A DNA stretch of 64,000 bases, from the NCBI GenBank assembly GCA_045110495.1, contig JBGCGE010000045.1:10462-74461 (forward strand), read 5' to 3'. Below, in pieces: positions 53,014-62,389 of this stretch. Numbering within the stretch: position 1 is the stretch's first letter; the number at the start of each line of letters is the position of its first letter. A program made the position numbers and the translations under genes. The DNA is from Gammaproteobacteria bacterium. GTDB taxonomy: Bacteria > Pseudomonadota > Gammaproteobacteria > CAJXQU01. The notes beneath the pieces are model-generated. The model searched no databases and had not been told where the DNA came from. It saw only the letters and a program-made list of their open reading frames with translations.

Positions 53014-54030
53014 TTGATTTATTCTGGTGATCATTTTCTATATTATGAATCTATGAACATAGTCATTCTTGGTTGTGGTGGCATTGGTTGCTATTTTGGA
53101 GCTCGGCTTTTACAAGCTAGACATCAGGTTACTTTTATAGGGAGGGGTGACCATCTAGCGGCGATAAAAAAACACGGACTCAAAGTAGATCATCCTGATT
53201 TTTCATTTAATCAAGGGGTTGATGCCGTCTCGATTGATCAATGGGTTTCAGAATTTGATCCGGAAATTGTCGATGTCGTTTTATTATCTGTTAAAGCTAT
53301 GGTAACGACAGAAGTTGCTGAGCTATGTGCAAGGTGGATTAACTCATCCAGGAAAAAACCTTTCTTTGTTTCATTGCAAAATGGTGTAGATAATGAGATC
53401 AATTTAGTAAAAAATCTTGGTGAAGATAAAGTGATTGGAGGATTAACTCGACGCATCGGAGCAAACATTGAATTACCAGGAATGATTTCGGCAACGGGCC
53501 CAGCAGAGACGATTATAGGTTTTTGGCCTAATTCCGATCATCTAGATAATTCTGACAGTGTTAATGATTCTGATCGAGGAAAAGTTTTTGTTACAAAACT
53601 TCAAGCAGTTTTTAACGAGGCTGGTATTCCCACCGAGCAATCAGAAGACATTCGTTTGCAGCTATGGAAAAAATTGGTGATCAATAATGGGGTTAATGCA
53701 CTTGCCGCATTGTTGCAGAAAAAAACTGGAGCAATATTAAAAGATAAAGCATTAGCGGATCTTGTGATGAAGATGATGCAAGAGACGGCGATTGCGGCAA
53801 AATGTGATGACGTAATTTTAAGCTCAGAAGACATTCAGGAAATGTATGATCTGATCTGTACTTTTGATTCGATTAAACCTTCAATGTTGATTGATCGGGA
53901 AAGAGGTCGACCTCTGGAAATAAATGAGATTTGTGGCGCTGTTATAGAACGCAGTGAAAAGCTCGGAGTCGATGCACCTTATACAAGATCAATAAGTACA
54001 TTACTTCAGTTTGAAATAGATCAGAAATGA
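53014..54030 (+). CDS. Ketopantoate-reductase (PanE/ApbA) family NAD(P)H-dependent oxidoreductase.
   Basis: N-terminal Rossmann motif IVILGCGGIGCYFGARL and the ApbA C-terminal domain; 338 aa. Confidence 0.7.
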   Translation: MIYSGDHFLYYESMNIVILGCGGIGCYFGARLLQARHQVTFIGRGDHLAAIKKHGLKVDHPDFSFNQGVDAVSIDQWVSEFDPEIVDVVLLSVKAMVTTEVAELCARWINSSRKKPFFVSLQNGVDNEINLVKNLGEDKVIGGLTRRIGANIELPGMISATGPAETIIGFWPNSDHLDNSDSVNDSDRGKVFVTKLQAVFNEAGIPTEQSEDIRLQLWKKLVINNGVNALAALLQKKTGAILKDKALADLVMKMMQETAIAAKCDDVILSSEDIQEMYDLICTFDSIKPSMLIDRERGRPLEINEICGAVIERSEKLGVDAPYTRSISTLLQFEIDQK

Positions 54031-54070
54031 AAAATCAGAATTCAATAACTAATGAAAATAAATTATTCGT

Positions 54071-54676
54071 ATGAGTGAATATGCGCTTGCAGCATTTGTT
54101 TTTGGACTGGCTGCAGGTTTTACGCCTGGACCGTTATCGATAATAGTGATCCAGCAAACACTTGATCATGGTTTAAAAAATGGTATCAAAGCAGCTATTG
54201 CTCCGATTATTTCTGATGGACCAATTATTTTTTTTGTTTATATTCTTTTTAACAAGTTTCAGGATATAGATTTATTTATCGGGGTCATAAGTTTACTAGG
54301 AGCATTATTTTTATTTTGGATAGCAATAAAAATGTCTGCAGTTAATGATGTTAATATTTCGACGCGTTCAGAAAAAGCAAACTCGCTTTCTACAGCGGTT
54401 AAAGTTAATTTATTAAATCCACACGCTTATATATTCTGGTTTACTGTTGGCGGAGCATATATCGCTTCAGGTACAAAATTAGAAGCGATAACGTTTGTCT
54501 TTATCATGATTAGTACGTTGATTTTATCAAAAATATTTCTTGCCAGTTTAATATCAAAATTCAGAAAGTTTCTTAATAGTAATTCCTATTTATGGATGAT
54601 GCGTACTCTTGGATTATTATTAGGCATGTTCAGTTTTTTATTGCTTTATAGAAGTTATAATATTTTATTTGTATAA
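54071..54676 (+). CDS. LysE/RhtB-family amino-acid efflux protein.
   Basis: Six TM segments; N-terminal FGLAAGFTPGPLSIIVI motif typical of LysE translocators. Confidence 0.7.
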   Translation: MSEYALAAFVFGLAAGFTPGPLSIIVIQQTLDHGLKNGIKAAIAPIISDGPIIFFVYILFNKFQDIDLFIGVISLLGALFLFWIAIKMSAVNDVNISTRSEKANSLSTAVKVNLLNPHAYIFWFTVGGAYIASGTKLEAITFVFIMISTLILSKIFLASLISKFRKFLNSNSYLWMMRTLGLLLGMFSFLLLYRSYNILFV

Positions 54677-54773
54677 ATAATATTAATTATTTTTTTAGAA
54701 ATAAACTCGTATGCACAAAGTTGTGATTGAAAATAGTTTTATAGATTAATGCAACAATCCTGGATCAGAAATT

Positions 54774-55328
54774 ATGGAAAAAGTAGAGCCTGTTACGGTT
54801 GTTATCGCTCGCCGAGTTAAACCTGGAAAGGAAAGCGAATATGAAGATTGGGTGCGACATATAATATCCGTCGGTTCAACATTTCCTGGTCATTCCGGTG
54901 TCGATGTTTTAAAACCTTCATCTGGGACTGGTGGTGAATATATTTTAATTACACGTTTTGATAATTATGAAAACCAACGCGTCTGGGAAGAGTCGAATGA
55001 AAGAACCGAACTTCTGAAAGAACTTGATCCTATAACCGAAGGCGATGCACAGATAACAAAAGCTACAGGTTTAGAATCCTGGTTTTCTTTACCAGAAGTT
55101 CCAAAACAAGCCGTAGCAAACAGACATAAAATGACAGTTGTAATAGCAGTGTCGATCTTTTTCTTAGTCCTATTAGTTAACTTTCTATTTAAACCAATAC
55201 TGGATCAACTTCCGTATATTCTTAAAGTCGCGGTACTTTCTGTCATTCAGGTTGCCATGCTGTCTTACGTTGTTTTGCCAAGAGTTACGGCATTGTTAAA
55301 AAACTGGTTATATCCATCTCTTAAATAA
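54774..55328 (+). CDS. ABM (antibiotic-biosynthesis-monooxygenase-like) domain fused to a C-terminal two-TM segment.
   Basis: N-terminal ferredoxin-like ABM fold pattern (VTVVIARRVKPGKESEYEDW ... ILITRFDNYENQRVWEES) followed by hydrophobic helices. Confidence 0.45.
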   Translation: MEKVEPVTVVIARRVKPGKESEYEDWVRHIISVGSTFPGHSGVDVLKPSSGTGGEYILITRFDNYENQRVWEESNERTELLKELDPITEGDAQITKATGLESWFSLPEVPKQAVANRHKMTVVIAVSIFFLVLLVNFLFKPILDQLPYILKVAVLSVIQVAMLSYVVLPRVTALLKNWLYPSLK

Positions 55329-55496
55329 TCAGACTAATTCCTGAATGTAGTGAAATGGTATTGATAACAGCTTTTCAGTAAACTGTTGAGACGACGAAGA
55401 TTTTTTGCCGGTAAATTCGTGAAAGTGGATCCATTCAATTTTGTCAGCGATTCCTAAAGTATTTCGCGCAATAATAAAGATAAAACAGGAGATGGC

Positions 55497-56108
55497 ATGA
55501 AACTTAAAGTAATAGGTGCAGGCCTCGGTCGAACAGGATCAACGTCCTTAAAAAAAGCGTTAGAAATTTTGGATATTGCTCCTTGTTATCACATGACTGA
55601 ATTATTTGGAAATCATCCGGAACATATTTCAGCATGGGAAGATGTGCTTAAAGGTAAGCCGGATTGGGAGCATATCTATGCAGAATATAATGCCGCGGTT
55701 GATTGGCCTACAGCGAATTATTGGCGCGAACTTGCAACTTTTTATCCAGAGGCAAAAGTCGTGTTGACTGTGCGCGATCCTGATACCTGGTATGAAAGTG
55801 TGATGGCGACGATCTATCCTAAAACACTAGAATTCTTACAAGATGAAGATCCAGATGTTCGAGCAAGAGGCGACTGGATCAATCGGCTTATCTGGGAAGG
55901 GGTTTTTTCTGGCAGAATTGAAGATAGAGCGCACGCCATCGACGTTTATCAGCAACATGCAAAAGCGGTAAAACAAGATTGTCCAGCTGAGCGATTACTG
56001 GTCATGGATAGAAATTTTGAGTGGAAGCCATTATGTGATTTTCTTGAAACTTCAGTCCCTGATGTGCCTTACCCGAGAGCTAATTCACGCGCTGATTTCA
56101 CACAGTAA
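55497..56108 (+). CDS. PAPS-dependent sulfotransferase-family protein.
   Basis: 5'-PSB loop GLGRTGSTS at the N-terminus and the 3'-PB region (VLTVRDPDTWYES); 203 aa. Confidence 0.65.
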   Translation: MKLKVIGAGLGRTGSTSLKKALEILDIAPCYHMTELFGNHPEHISAWEDVLKGKPDWEHIYAEYNAAVDWPTANYWRELATFYPEAKVVLTVRDPDTWYESVMATIYPKTLEFLQDEDPDVRARGDWINRLIWEGVFSGRIEDRAHAIDVYQQHAKAVKQDCPAERLLVMDRNFEWKPLCDFLETSVPDVPYPRANSRADFTQ

Positions 56109-56144
56109 TACTGAGTAACAGTTTAGATTTCTAATATATCGAAA

Positions 56145-57440
56145 ATGTGCCTGGATCATAATTTAAGCTCATCATTCAGCTCTAAATATAGTTCGCTCTT
56201 GGTATTTAACTTACTAGTTGTCGTTATCTTCTTATTTATTCTGATAAGTGCAGCCTTAGCCGCTGACGATTTGCCTTCTGAAAAGATCATTAATAGTGAA
56301 AATATTTCTGAATACGAGAATTACCTTGATGAAACATTGATCGATTTGATCAAAAAAAACTACTTTACATTAGAAATAATTCCTACAGAGTCGTTTCCTG
56401 TACATCCTGAGTATGCTGCTGCAACTGAAAAAAACAGAGGTAAAACAAAACTAGGTACACTACCTGGCGAGATAAATGGTTATATCGCGGGCAGGCCTTT
56501 TCCTGAAACACCATCAACTGATGATCAACTTGCGGGAGATAAAATCGCATGGAATATGAGATATGCATTTGTTGGTGATGGAGGACGAATTGCTCCATTT
56601 TATTGGCAATATCGAAATATGCGAACCGATAAAATAGAGCGAGAATTATCTTTTGAAGCTAATAGTTTACGCTTTAAGCATCGGACAGTAACTTCTCCAA
56701 TACCTGACTTACCAAATAATCCTTCTGCAATTTTTAATGCACTTTATTTACGTGCGTTGGCACCACCAGATATTCGAAATACTCAGCTTTTAATTCACCG
56801 ACTGGAAGATGATACAAGCTCAGAAAGAGGTTGGATGTATATAGGCACCCAACGTCGTGTTCGTCGTATCCCAACTGGACAGAATACAGATTCATTCCTT
56901 GGTAGCGATATTATGATCGAAGATTTTATGGGTTATAACGGCCGAATAATGGATATGCAATGGACGTATCTCGGAACAAAAAAAGTGCTTATGCCATTCT
57001 ACAGGCATAACGAATTAGAATTTGAAAAACAAGAAAGTGATGGTTTTAACTTTATCGAATATGAAGGAAAAGGTGGTTGCTTTCCAAGGGTGAAGTGGCA
57101 GTTTCGTACTGCGTATGTTTTAGAAGTATCACCAAGATGGTCACAGCATCCACTTTCTAAGCGAGTTTATTATGTTGATGCGGAAACATTTATGCCAGCA
57201 TATGGCCGTTTATATGATCGCAGTAAAAAACTATGGAAATTAGCTATTGTGAGTTACTCGCATCCTGATCATCATTTGCCGATCAATAAAGACAGCTATG
57301 TTCCAATCTTTGATGGCGTGACGATGATTGATCTGCAAGCAAATCATTGCACAACGCTACAGGCAAGATCAGAAGCATCATCTAAAAAACTAACGGGCTT
57401 GGATTTCTCAGTTCAAACGTTACGTAGAAAAGGACGTTGA
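56145..57440 (+). CDS. DUF1329-family (LolA-like) secreted protein, orphan (no adjacent DUF1302 partner).
   Basis: N-terminal signal/anchor, then a pattern recalled from DUF1329 proteins (KKNYFTLEIIPTESFPVHPEYAAATEKNRGKTKL ... GYIAGRPFP); 431 aa. The family assignment is from memory of the domain pattern. Confidence 0.45.
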   Translation: MCLDHNLSSSFSSKYSSLLVFNLLVVVIFLFILISAALAADDLPSEKIINSENISEYENYLDETLIDLIKKNYFTLEIIPTESFPVHPEYAAATEKNRGKTKLGTLPGEINGYIAGRPFPETPSTDDQLAGDKIAWNMRYAFVGDGGRIAPFYWQYRNMRTDKIERELSFEANSLRFKHRTVTSPIPDLPNNPSAIFNALYLRALAPPDIRNTQLLIHRLEDDTSSERGWMYIGTQRRVRRIPTGQNTDSFLGSDIMIEDFMGYNGRIMDMQWTYLGTKKVLMPFYRHNELEFEKQESDGFNFIEYEGKGGCFPRVKWQFRTAYVLEVSPRWSQHPLSKRVYYVDAETFMPAYGRLYDRSKKLWKLAIVSYSHPDHHLPINKDSYVPIFDGVTMIDLQANHCTTLQARSEASSKKLTGLDFSVQTLRRKGR

Positions 57441-57497
57441 GATAAATGAAAAGACGAACAGTTCTGACTTTCTTTATCTGTAAAATATGATCGAACT

Positions 57498-58790
57498 ATG
57501 TCCTCTTCGTTATTAATTATTTCTGGTTGGTTTTTATTAATCTCTACGTTTTTTTCTATTTTTAATGGTTTTTTTCCTTCAATTCTTCTTTCTATTTCCG
57601 GAATATTAAGTGCTATAGCGGCCATGATTTTGTTTCAGAAATTGAGCGGAATTCAACGTTTACAAGTATTCCTCTTAACAACAACAGGATTTTTATTGAT
57701 CCTGACAAGTGATGAAAATATTCCCTTTTTGATCAACAAAGCACTGACAGCAAACAGCGCTTTAATTGCACTTTTGATCAGTGTTGGGTTTCTGAAACTG
57801 ATCATAAAAGCCGGTGATGAAAAAGAGGCTTTGCCGACCGGTAATAAAGCCTTATGGAAAACAATGTTCGGATTACAATACTTTGCTGCGGTGATCAATC
57901 TTTCAGCTATTGTGTTATTTGGTGATCGCATAAAGCACAAAAACACATTGCATAAAGAGCAATTTATAATTCTGTCACGTAATTTTAGTGCTGCAAGTTA
58001 TTGGTCTCCTTTTTTTGCTGCAATGGGAGTGGCCTTGCTTTATTCCGGCGGAGCAGATTTTAATATTTTATTTTCTATCGGTGTGTGCGTATCTGCATGT
58101 GGATTATTGATCACGGGATTGCAATGTTCGCAGATCGTTAAAAAAGAGCAGAGAGAATTTAAAGGCTATCCGATGCACATCAATAGCCTTTTTTTGCCGA
58201 TTATTTTAAGTGCGCAGGTTTTGATCGGTCATAAAATATTTCCAGAAGTTTCCACATTGATCTTAGTTGCATGTATCGTGCTAATTACTGTAGTTGTAAA
58301 ACTTATTTTTGAACATTCAATACCCAAAGCATTTTCTACTATTAAAAAACATGTTGAGAATGGAATAACAAATTCAGCAAGTGAGTTATTATTATTTTTA
58401 TCAGCCGGTATTCTGGCGGTAGGAATCAATGCACTAATTTCATCAATGGATTATAAATTACCAATAGATCAATTTACTGGTGTTTATGCTTCACTCACCA
58501 TGATTGGAACTGTTTTGCTCGCTTTGATTGGCATCCACCCGGTGATCAGTATTAGTATCATTGGAAGCCTCCTCGTACCCCTACTTACAGATCCAAACCT
58601 GTTGGGTATGATGTTTTTATTCAGCTGGGGTGCCGGCGTGATTGCGAATCCCTTGTCTGGAATAAGTCTGGTTTTACAGTCACGTTATAACATCACCGGT
58701 TTTAATCTGATCAGAATCAATGCAACTTATATAATGGTCATGTTAATGTTATGTAGTGGCGTTTTAATCCTATATGATTACTTACATTGA
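57498..58790 (+). CDS. Polytopic inner-membrane transporter-like protein (about 12 TM segments), family unknown.
   Basis: 430 aa, hydrophobic throughout with an inverted-repeat-like arrangement. Located directly upstream of the XylR-family regulator. Confidence 0.4.
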   Translation: MSSSLLIISGWFLLISTFFSIFNGFFPSILLSISGILSAIAAMILFQKLSGIQRLQVFLLTTTGFLLILTSDENIPFLINKALTANSALIALLISVGFLKLIIKAGDEKEALPTGNKALWKTMFGLQYFAAVINLSAIVLFGDRIKHKNTLHKEQFIILSRNFSAASYWSPFFAAMGVALLYSGGADFNILFSIGVCVSACGLLITGLQCSQIVKKEQREFKGYPMHINSLFLPIILSAQVLIGHKIFPEVSTLILVACIVLITVVVKLIFEHSIPKAFSTIKKHVENGITNSASELLLFLSAGILAVGINALISSMDYKLPIDQFTGVYASLTMIGTVLLALIGIHPVISISIIGSLLVPLLTDPNLLGMMFLFSWGAGVIANPLSGISLVLQSRYNITGFNLIRINATYIMVMLMLCSGVLILYDYLH

Positions 58791-58866
58791 TACACATCAA
58801 TAGCGGATAAATATGAATAAACAAACATTTCTGCCTTGGCATTTTATTTAGCAAAAAATATTGCTT

Positions 58867-60537
58867 ATGAAAAAGAACGAATCCGCACCTTTTCCAAACC
58901 TTAATGATCTGAAAGAAGCTTTTCAGTTTGATGACGCCTCTGGTTGTGTCTGGCTTGAAGGTCAGCGAATGTTGTTGTTTCATGCCGCTGCTCTGGATGC
59001 GCTTCGCAATGAACTAATTGAGTCATTGGGTCTGGATCGTGCAAAAGGCGTTTTAATGCGAATGGGTTATCAATCTGGAAAACAAGATGCCCAATTAGCC
59101 AGAAAGCTTCGTCCAGGAGCTACTGATTGCGAACTTTTCGCAGTAGGACCACAACTTCATACTTTGGAAGGTATTGTTCGTGTAGAACCGATCAAACTTA
59201 CACTCGACATTGAAGCCGGAGAACATTATGGCGAGTTCAACTGGATCAATTCTTTTGAGGCCGAGCAACATTTGAATCGATATGGGATTCACTCCGAACC
59301 TGTCTGCTGGAATCAAATCGGTTACGCCTGTGGTTATTCCAGTGAGTTAATGGGGAAGCCGATCATTTATAAAGAAGTTGAATGTGTGGGTTGTGGCCAG
59401 GAAACTTGTCGGATCATCGGAAAGCCCGCAGAAGAGTGGGAAGATGCAGAACAACTCGCCGCCTATTTTTCACAAGGCTCACTGGCGGAAACACTGTTTA
59501 ATTTAAAAGACGAAGTTCAAAACTTGCGTAATGCGATCAAAAAAGAGGTTGAGCCACAAGATATTATTGGTCAGTCCCCGGCAATACGCGAAACACTTCA
59601 TATGCTGGAAAAAGCATCAAACACGAATGTCACCGTCTTAATGTTGGGTGAAACAGGGGTTGGTAAAGATACTTATGCTCGTCTGCTTCACAGAATGAAT
59701 GAAAATTCAGACAAACCTTTTGTGCAGGTTAATTGTTCTGCTTTGCCTGCGGATCTTGTCGAAGCTGAATTATTTGGTGTTGAAAAAGGTGCATATACGG
59801 GAGCTGAAAAATCACGCCCGGGACGTTTTGAAAGAGCGCATGGAGGTACTTTATTTCTGGACGAAATTGGGGAAATGAATATTGCTGTTCAGGCAAAATT
59901 ATTACGTGTTTTACAAACGGGTGAATTTGAACGTGTTGGAGATACACGCACACGAAAGGTAAAAGTCAGGTTAATTACGGCAACCAATCAACCATTAGAA
60001 GAGCGTGTAAATCAAGGTTTATTTAGAGCCGATCTTTTTTACAGGATAAATGTTTTCCCTATAAATATTCCGCCATTGAGAGAACGAAAAGAAGATATCC
60101 AGGGCCTGGTTGACAGGTTTGTTGGAATGTTTAATGCCGAATATGGAAAGAATGTAATGGGTATTGACGAGTCTCTTTTTGCGCAATTTCAGCAATATGA
60201 TTGGCCAGGAAATATTCGCGAGCTTGAAAACATAATCGAACGTGGGGTAATCCTGACTGACAATGGCAAATTAATTGATACCTCGTATATCAATCTTGAT
60301 CCAATAGTTTCTTCACCAGACGCTTCAACTTCAATAGAAAAAAATACCACATCATTTACAACTGCAACTCAAATATTAGCAGCAATGCAAGAGAATGAAG
60401 TTGGGCTGGAAGAAATAGAACAACAGTTGCTAGATACAGCCCTGGAACAGGCAGAAGGGAATATCTCGGCTGCCTCACGTGCACTAAATATTAGTTCTGC
60501 AAAGTACCGTTACAGAATACAAAAAAACAAAGAATAG
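58867..60537 (+). CDS. Sigma-54-dependent transcriptional activator of the XylR/DmpR family.
   Basis: N-terminal XylR-N/V4R-type effector-sensing domain ([28 protein letters not shown] ... ACGYSSE). AAA+ sigma-54 interaction domain ([36 protein letters not shown]-like). C-terminal helix-turn-helix domain. Confidence 0.85.
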   Translation: MKKNESAPFPNLNDLKEAFQFDDASGCVWLEGQRMLLFHAAALDALRNELIESLGLDRAKGVLMRMGYQSGKQDAQLARKLRPGATDCELFAVGPQLHTLEGIVRVEPIKLTLDIEAGEHYGEFNWINSFEAEQHLNRYGIHSEPVCWNQIGYACGYSSELMGKPIIYKEVECVGCGQETCRIIGKPAEEWEDAEQLAAYFSQGSLAETLFNLKDEVQNLRNAIKKEVEPQDIIGQSPAIRETLHMLEKASNTNVTVLMLGETGVGKDTYARLLHRMNENSDKPFVQVNCSALPADLVEAELFGVEKGAYTGAEKSRPGRFERAHGGTLFLDEIGEMNIAVQAKLLRVLQTGEFERVGDTRTRKVKVRLITATNQPLEERVNQGLFRADLFYRINVFPINIPPLRERKEDIQGLVDRFVGMFNAEYGKNVMGIDESLFAQFQQYDWPGNIRELENIIERGVILTDNGKLIDTSYINLDPIVSSPDASTSIEKNTTSFTTATQILAAMQENEVGLEEIEQQLLDTALEQAEGNISAASRALNISSAKYRYRIQKNKE

Positions 60538-60624
60538 ATTCTTTAGTAAGAAATTTATTCTGGCCAGATTCTTTTTATTAGCACCTCTTTTCTATAATTC
60601 AGGATAAGGCCAATTACAAATTAC

Positions 60625-60648
60625 CAATGTGATCATATGATCACATTG
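60625..60648. promoter_or_regulatory. Perfect 24-bp palindrome, candidate upstream activating sequence for the XylR/DmpR-like activator.
   Basis: CAATGTGATCATATGATCACATTG (perfect dyad), followed by a partial second copy TGATCATATGAT at 60652-60663. Lies about 85 bp upstream of the candidate -24/-12 promoter. Confidence 0.6.
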
Positions 60649-60728
60649 ATTTGATCATATGATTAATATTTAACTAACTATTTTTCCAATTTGCAAAAAA
60701 TACCCATAAATATCAATCAGATATGTTA

Positions 60729-60745
60729 TTGGCTTGGTTTGTGCT
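60729..60745 (+). promoter_or_regulatory. Candidate sigma-54 (-24/-12) promoter for the phenol hydroxylase operon.
   Basis: TTGGCTTGGTTTGTGCT: GG and GC separated by 10 nt as in the TGGCAC-N5-TTGC consensus. The match to the flanking bases is imperfect. Confidence 0.4.
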
Positions 60746-60774
60746 ATGTCTGATAGATAAATACACTTTTAAAA

Positions 60775-61053
60775 GTGAAGACAATAATAATAAACATGGC
60801 CGGCCCAGATCATAAATTTGTAAGAATCACGAACGTACGTGATGATAAATATATCGAATTCGATTTTTCATTCGAAGATCCTGAGATATTTGTTGAACTC
60901 ATTCTCCCTGTGGAAATGTTTCAAACATTCTGCGAAAAAAATAAAGTGCAATTCCTGGAAGTAGATAAAAATGTTTCTGAAGAGTATGAAAAACAGATCT
61001 GGCGACTGGGACAAGCTGGAAAAAAGTTTTTGAAAAATAAAAGAACACTATAG
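60775..61053 (+). CDS. dmpK: Phenol hydroxylase assembly component (DmpK-like). Start may be the GTG at 60775 or the ATG at 60796.
   Basis: Protein of about 90 aa (VRITNVRDDKYIEFDFSFEDPEIFVELILP) at the head of an SDIMO operon in dmpKLMNOP order. Confidence 0.6.
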   Translation: MKTIIINMAGPDHKFVRITNVRDDKYIEFDFSFEDPEIFVELILPVEMFQTFCEKNKVQFLEVDKNVSEEYEKQIWRLGQAGKKFLKNKRTL

Positions 61054-61064
61054 GTGAGAAGAAG

Positions 61065-62057
61065 ATGCATATAGATATAAAAAGCAAAAATGTAGAAACG
61101 ATCAGGAATACTTTTGATCATATAAAAGAACGTTTTGGTGACAAACCTGCGAGTCGCTATCAAGAAGCAACTTTCGATCTTCAACCAACCGCAAATTTTC
61201 ACTATCGCCCAACGTGGCAGCCACAATTTGAACTGTACGATGTAAGACGTACGGCTGTTGTGATGGAGGATTGGTACAAACTGACTGACCCTCGTCAATT
61301 TTATTACGCCTCTTACGTAATGAATCGTGCACGTTTACAAGAATCTGCAGATCAAAATTTCACGCTTATAGAAAAGCGGGGACTGCTTGATTTAATGCCT
61401 GATACTGTTAAGCAAAAAATATTGAATTACGTTCTACCACTGCGCCATTACTCGTGGGGTGGAAACATGAACAATACTCAAATTTGTGCAATGGGTTACG
61501 GAACAGCGATCACGGCGCCTGCGATGTTTCATGCGGCGGATCATTTAGGTATCGCACAATACATAACGCGCATTGGACTTTTGATCGGTGAAAACGAAGT
61601 CGAAATATTAGATCAATCAAAAAAAGATTGGGTTGAAAAACAACAATGGCAAGGGTTAAGAAAAGCAGTTGAAGATAGTTTTGTGCTAGAAGATTGGTTT
61701 GAATTATTTGTTGTTCAAAATTTTGTAATGGATGGATTAATACATCCATTATTTTTTAATCATTTTGAAGCACAAATTAATAAAGAAGGTGGAACCGCCG
61801 AATCCATGATGACTGGTTTTATGGCGGACTGGTATAAGGAAACAACTCGTTGGGTTGATGCTCAGCTCAAAGTGGCAGCATCCGAGTCGGAACAGAATAA
61901 TAAATTGATAACGGGTTGGATCAATAAATGGTTGAGTGTTTTGGAAGATGCACTTTTACCGCTTGCGACAGGTGCGCTCGATGATGGTGACGCCATTATG
62001 GCAGAAATTAAATCTGCATTGGTTAAACGTGCTGAAAAAATAAATATAAAACTTTAA
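61065..62057 (+). CDS. dmpL: Phenol hydroxylase beta subunit (DmpL-like).
   Basis: 330 aa non-catalytic hydroxylase subunit; operon position and size match group-1 SDIMO. Confidence 0.7.
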   Translation: MHIDIKSKNVETIRNTFDHIKERFGDKPASRYQEATFDLQPTANFHYRPTWQPQFELYDVRRTAVVMEDWYKLTDPRQFYYASYVMNRARLQESADQNFTLIEKRGLLDLMPDTVKQKILNYVLPLRHYSWGGNMNNTQICAMGYGTAITAPAMFHAADHLGIAQYITRIGLLIGENEVEILDQSKKDWVEKQQWQGLRKAVEDSFVLEDWFELFVVQNFVMDGLIHPLFFNHFEAQINKEGGTAESMMTGFMADWYKETTRWVDAQLKVAASESEQNNKLITGWINKWLSVLEDALLPLATGALDDGDAIMAEIKSALVKRAEKINIKL

Positions 62058-62071
62058 TTGAGAGAGACAAC

Positions 62072-62344
62072 ATGACCGAAAACGTATTTTTAGCACTACA
62101 AGCAAATGACGATGCCAGGCCTATTGTTGAAGCGATCGAGAAAGATAATCCTGATGTTGATGTTAGCTATCAACCTGCAATGATTCGTATGACAGCACCA
62201 GGAAAGTTAACCGTTTTACGTGAGACAGTTTCTGAACTGATCGGGCGAGACTGGGATCCGCAAGAACTTCACCTGGTACTTATTTCTTTTGGTGGAAATG
62301 TCGAAGAAGATGAAGACCAATTTACTATTTCATGGGCAAGCTAA
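62072..62344 (+). CDS. dmpM: Phenol hydroxylase regulatory/effector protein (MmoB/DmpM family).
   Basis: 90 aa; ALQANDDARPIVEAIEKDNPDVDVSYQPAMIRMTA ... ISFGGNVEEDEDQFTISW matches the DmpM pattern. Confidence 0.8.
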   Translation: MTENVFLALQANDDARPIVEAIEKDNPDVDVSYQPAMIRMTAPGKLTVLRETVSELIGRDWDPQELHLVLISFGGNVEEDEDQFTISWAS

Positions 62345-62389
62345 AGAATTAATTAATTTAAAAATGATCAATAGTTTGAGGAAAATATA

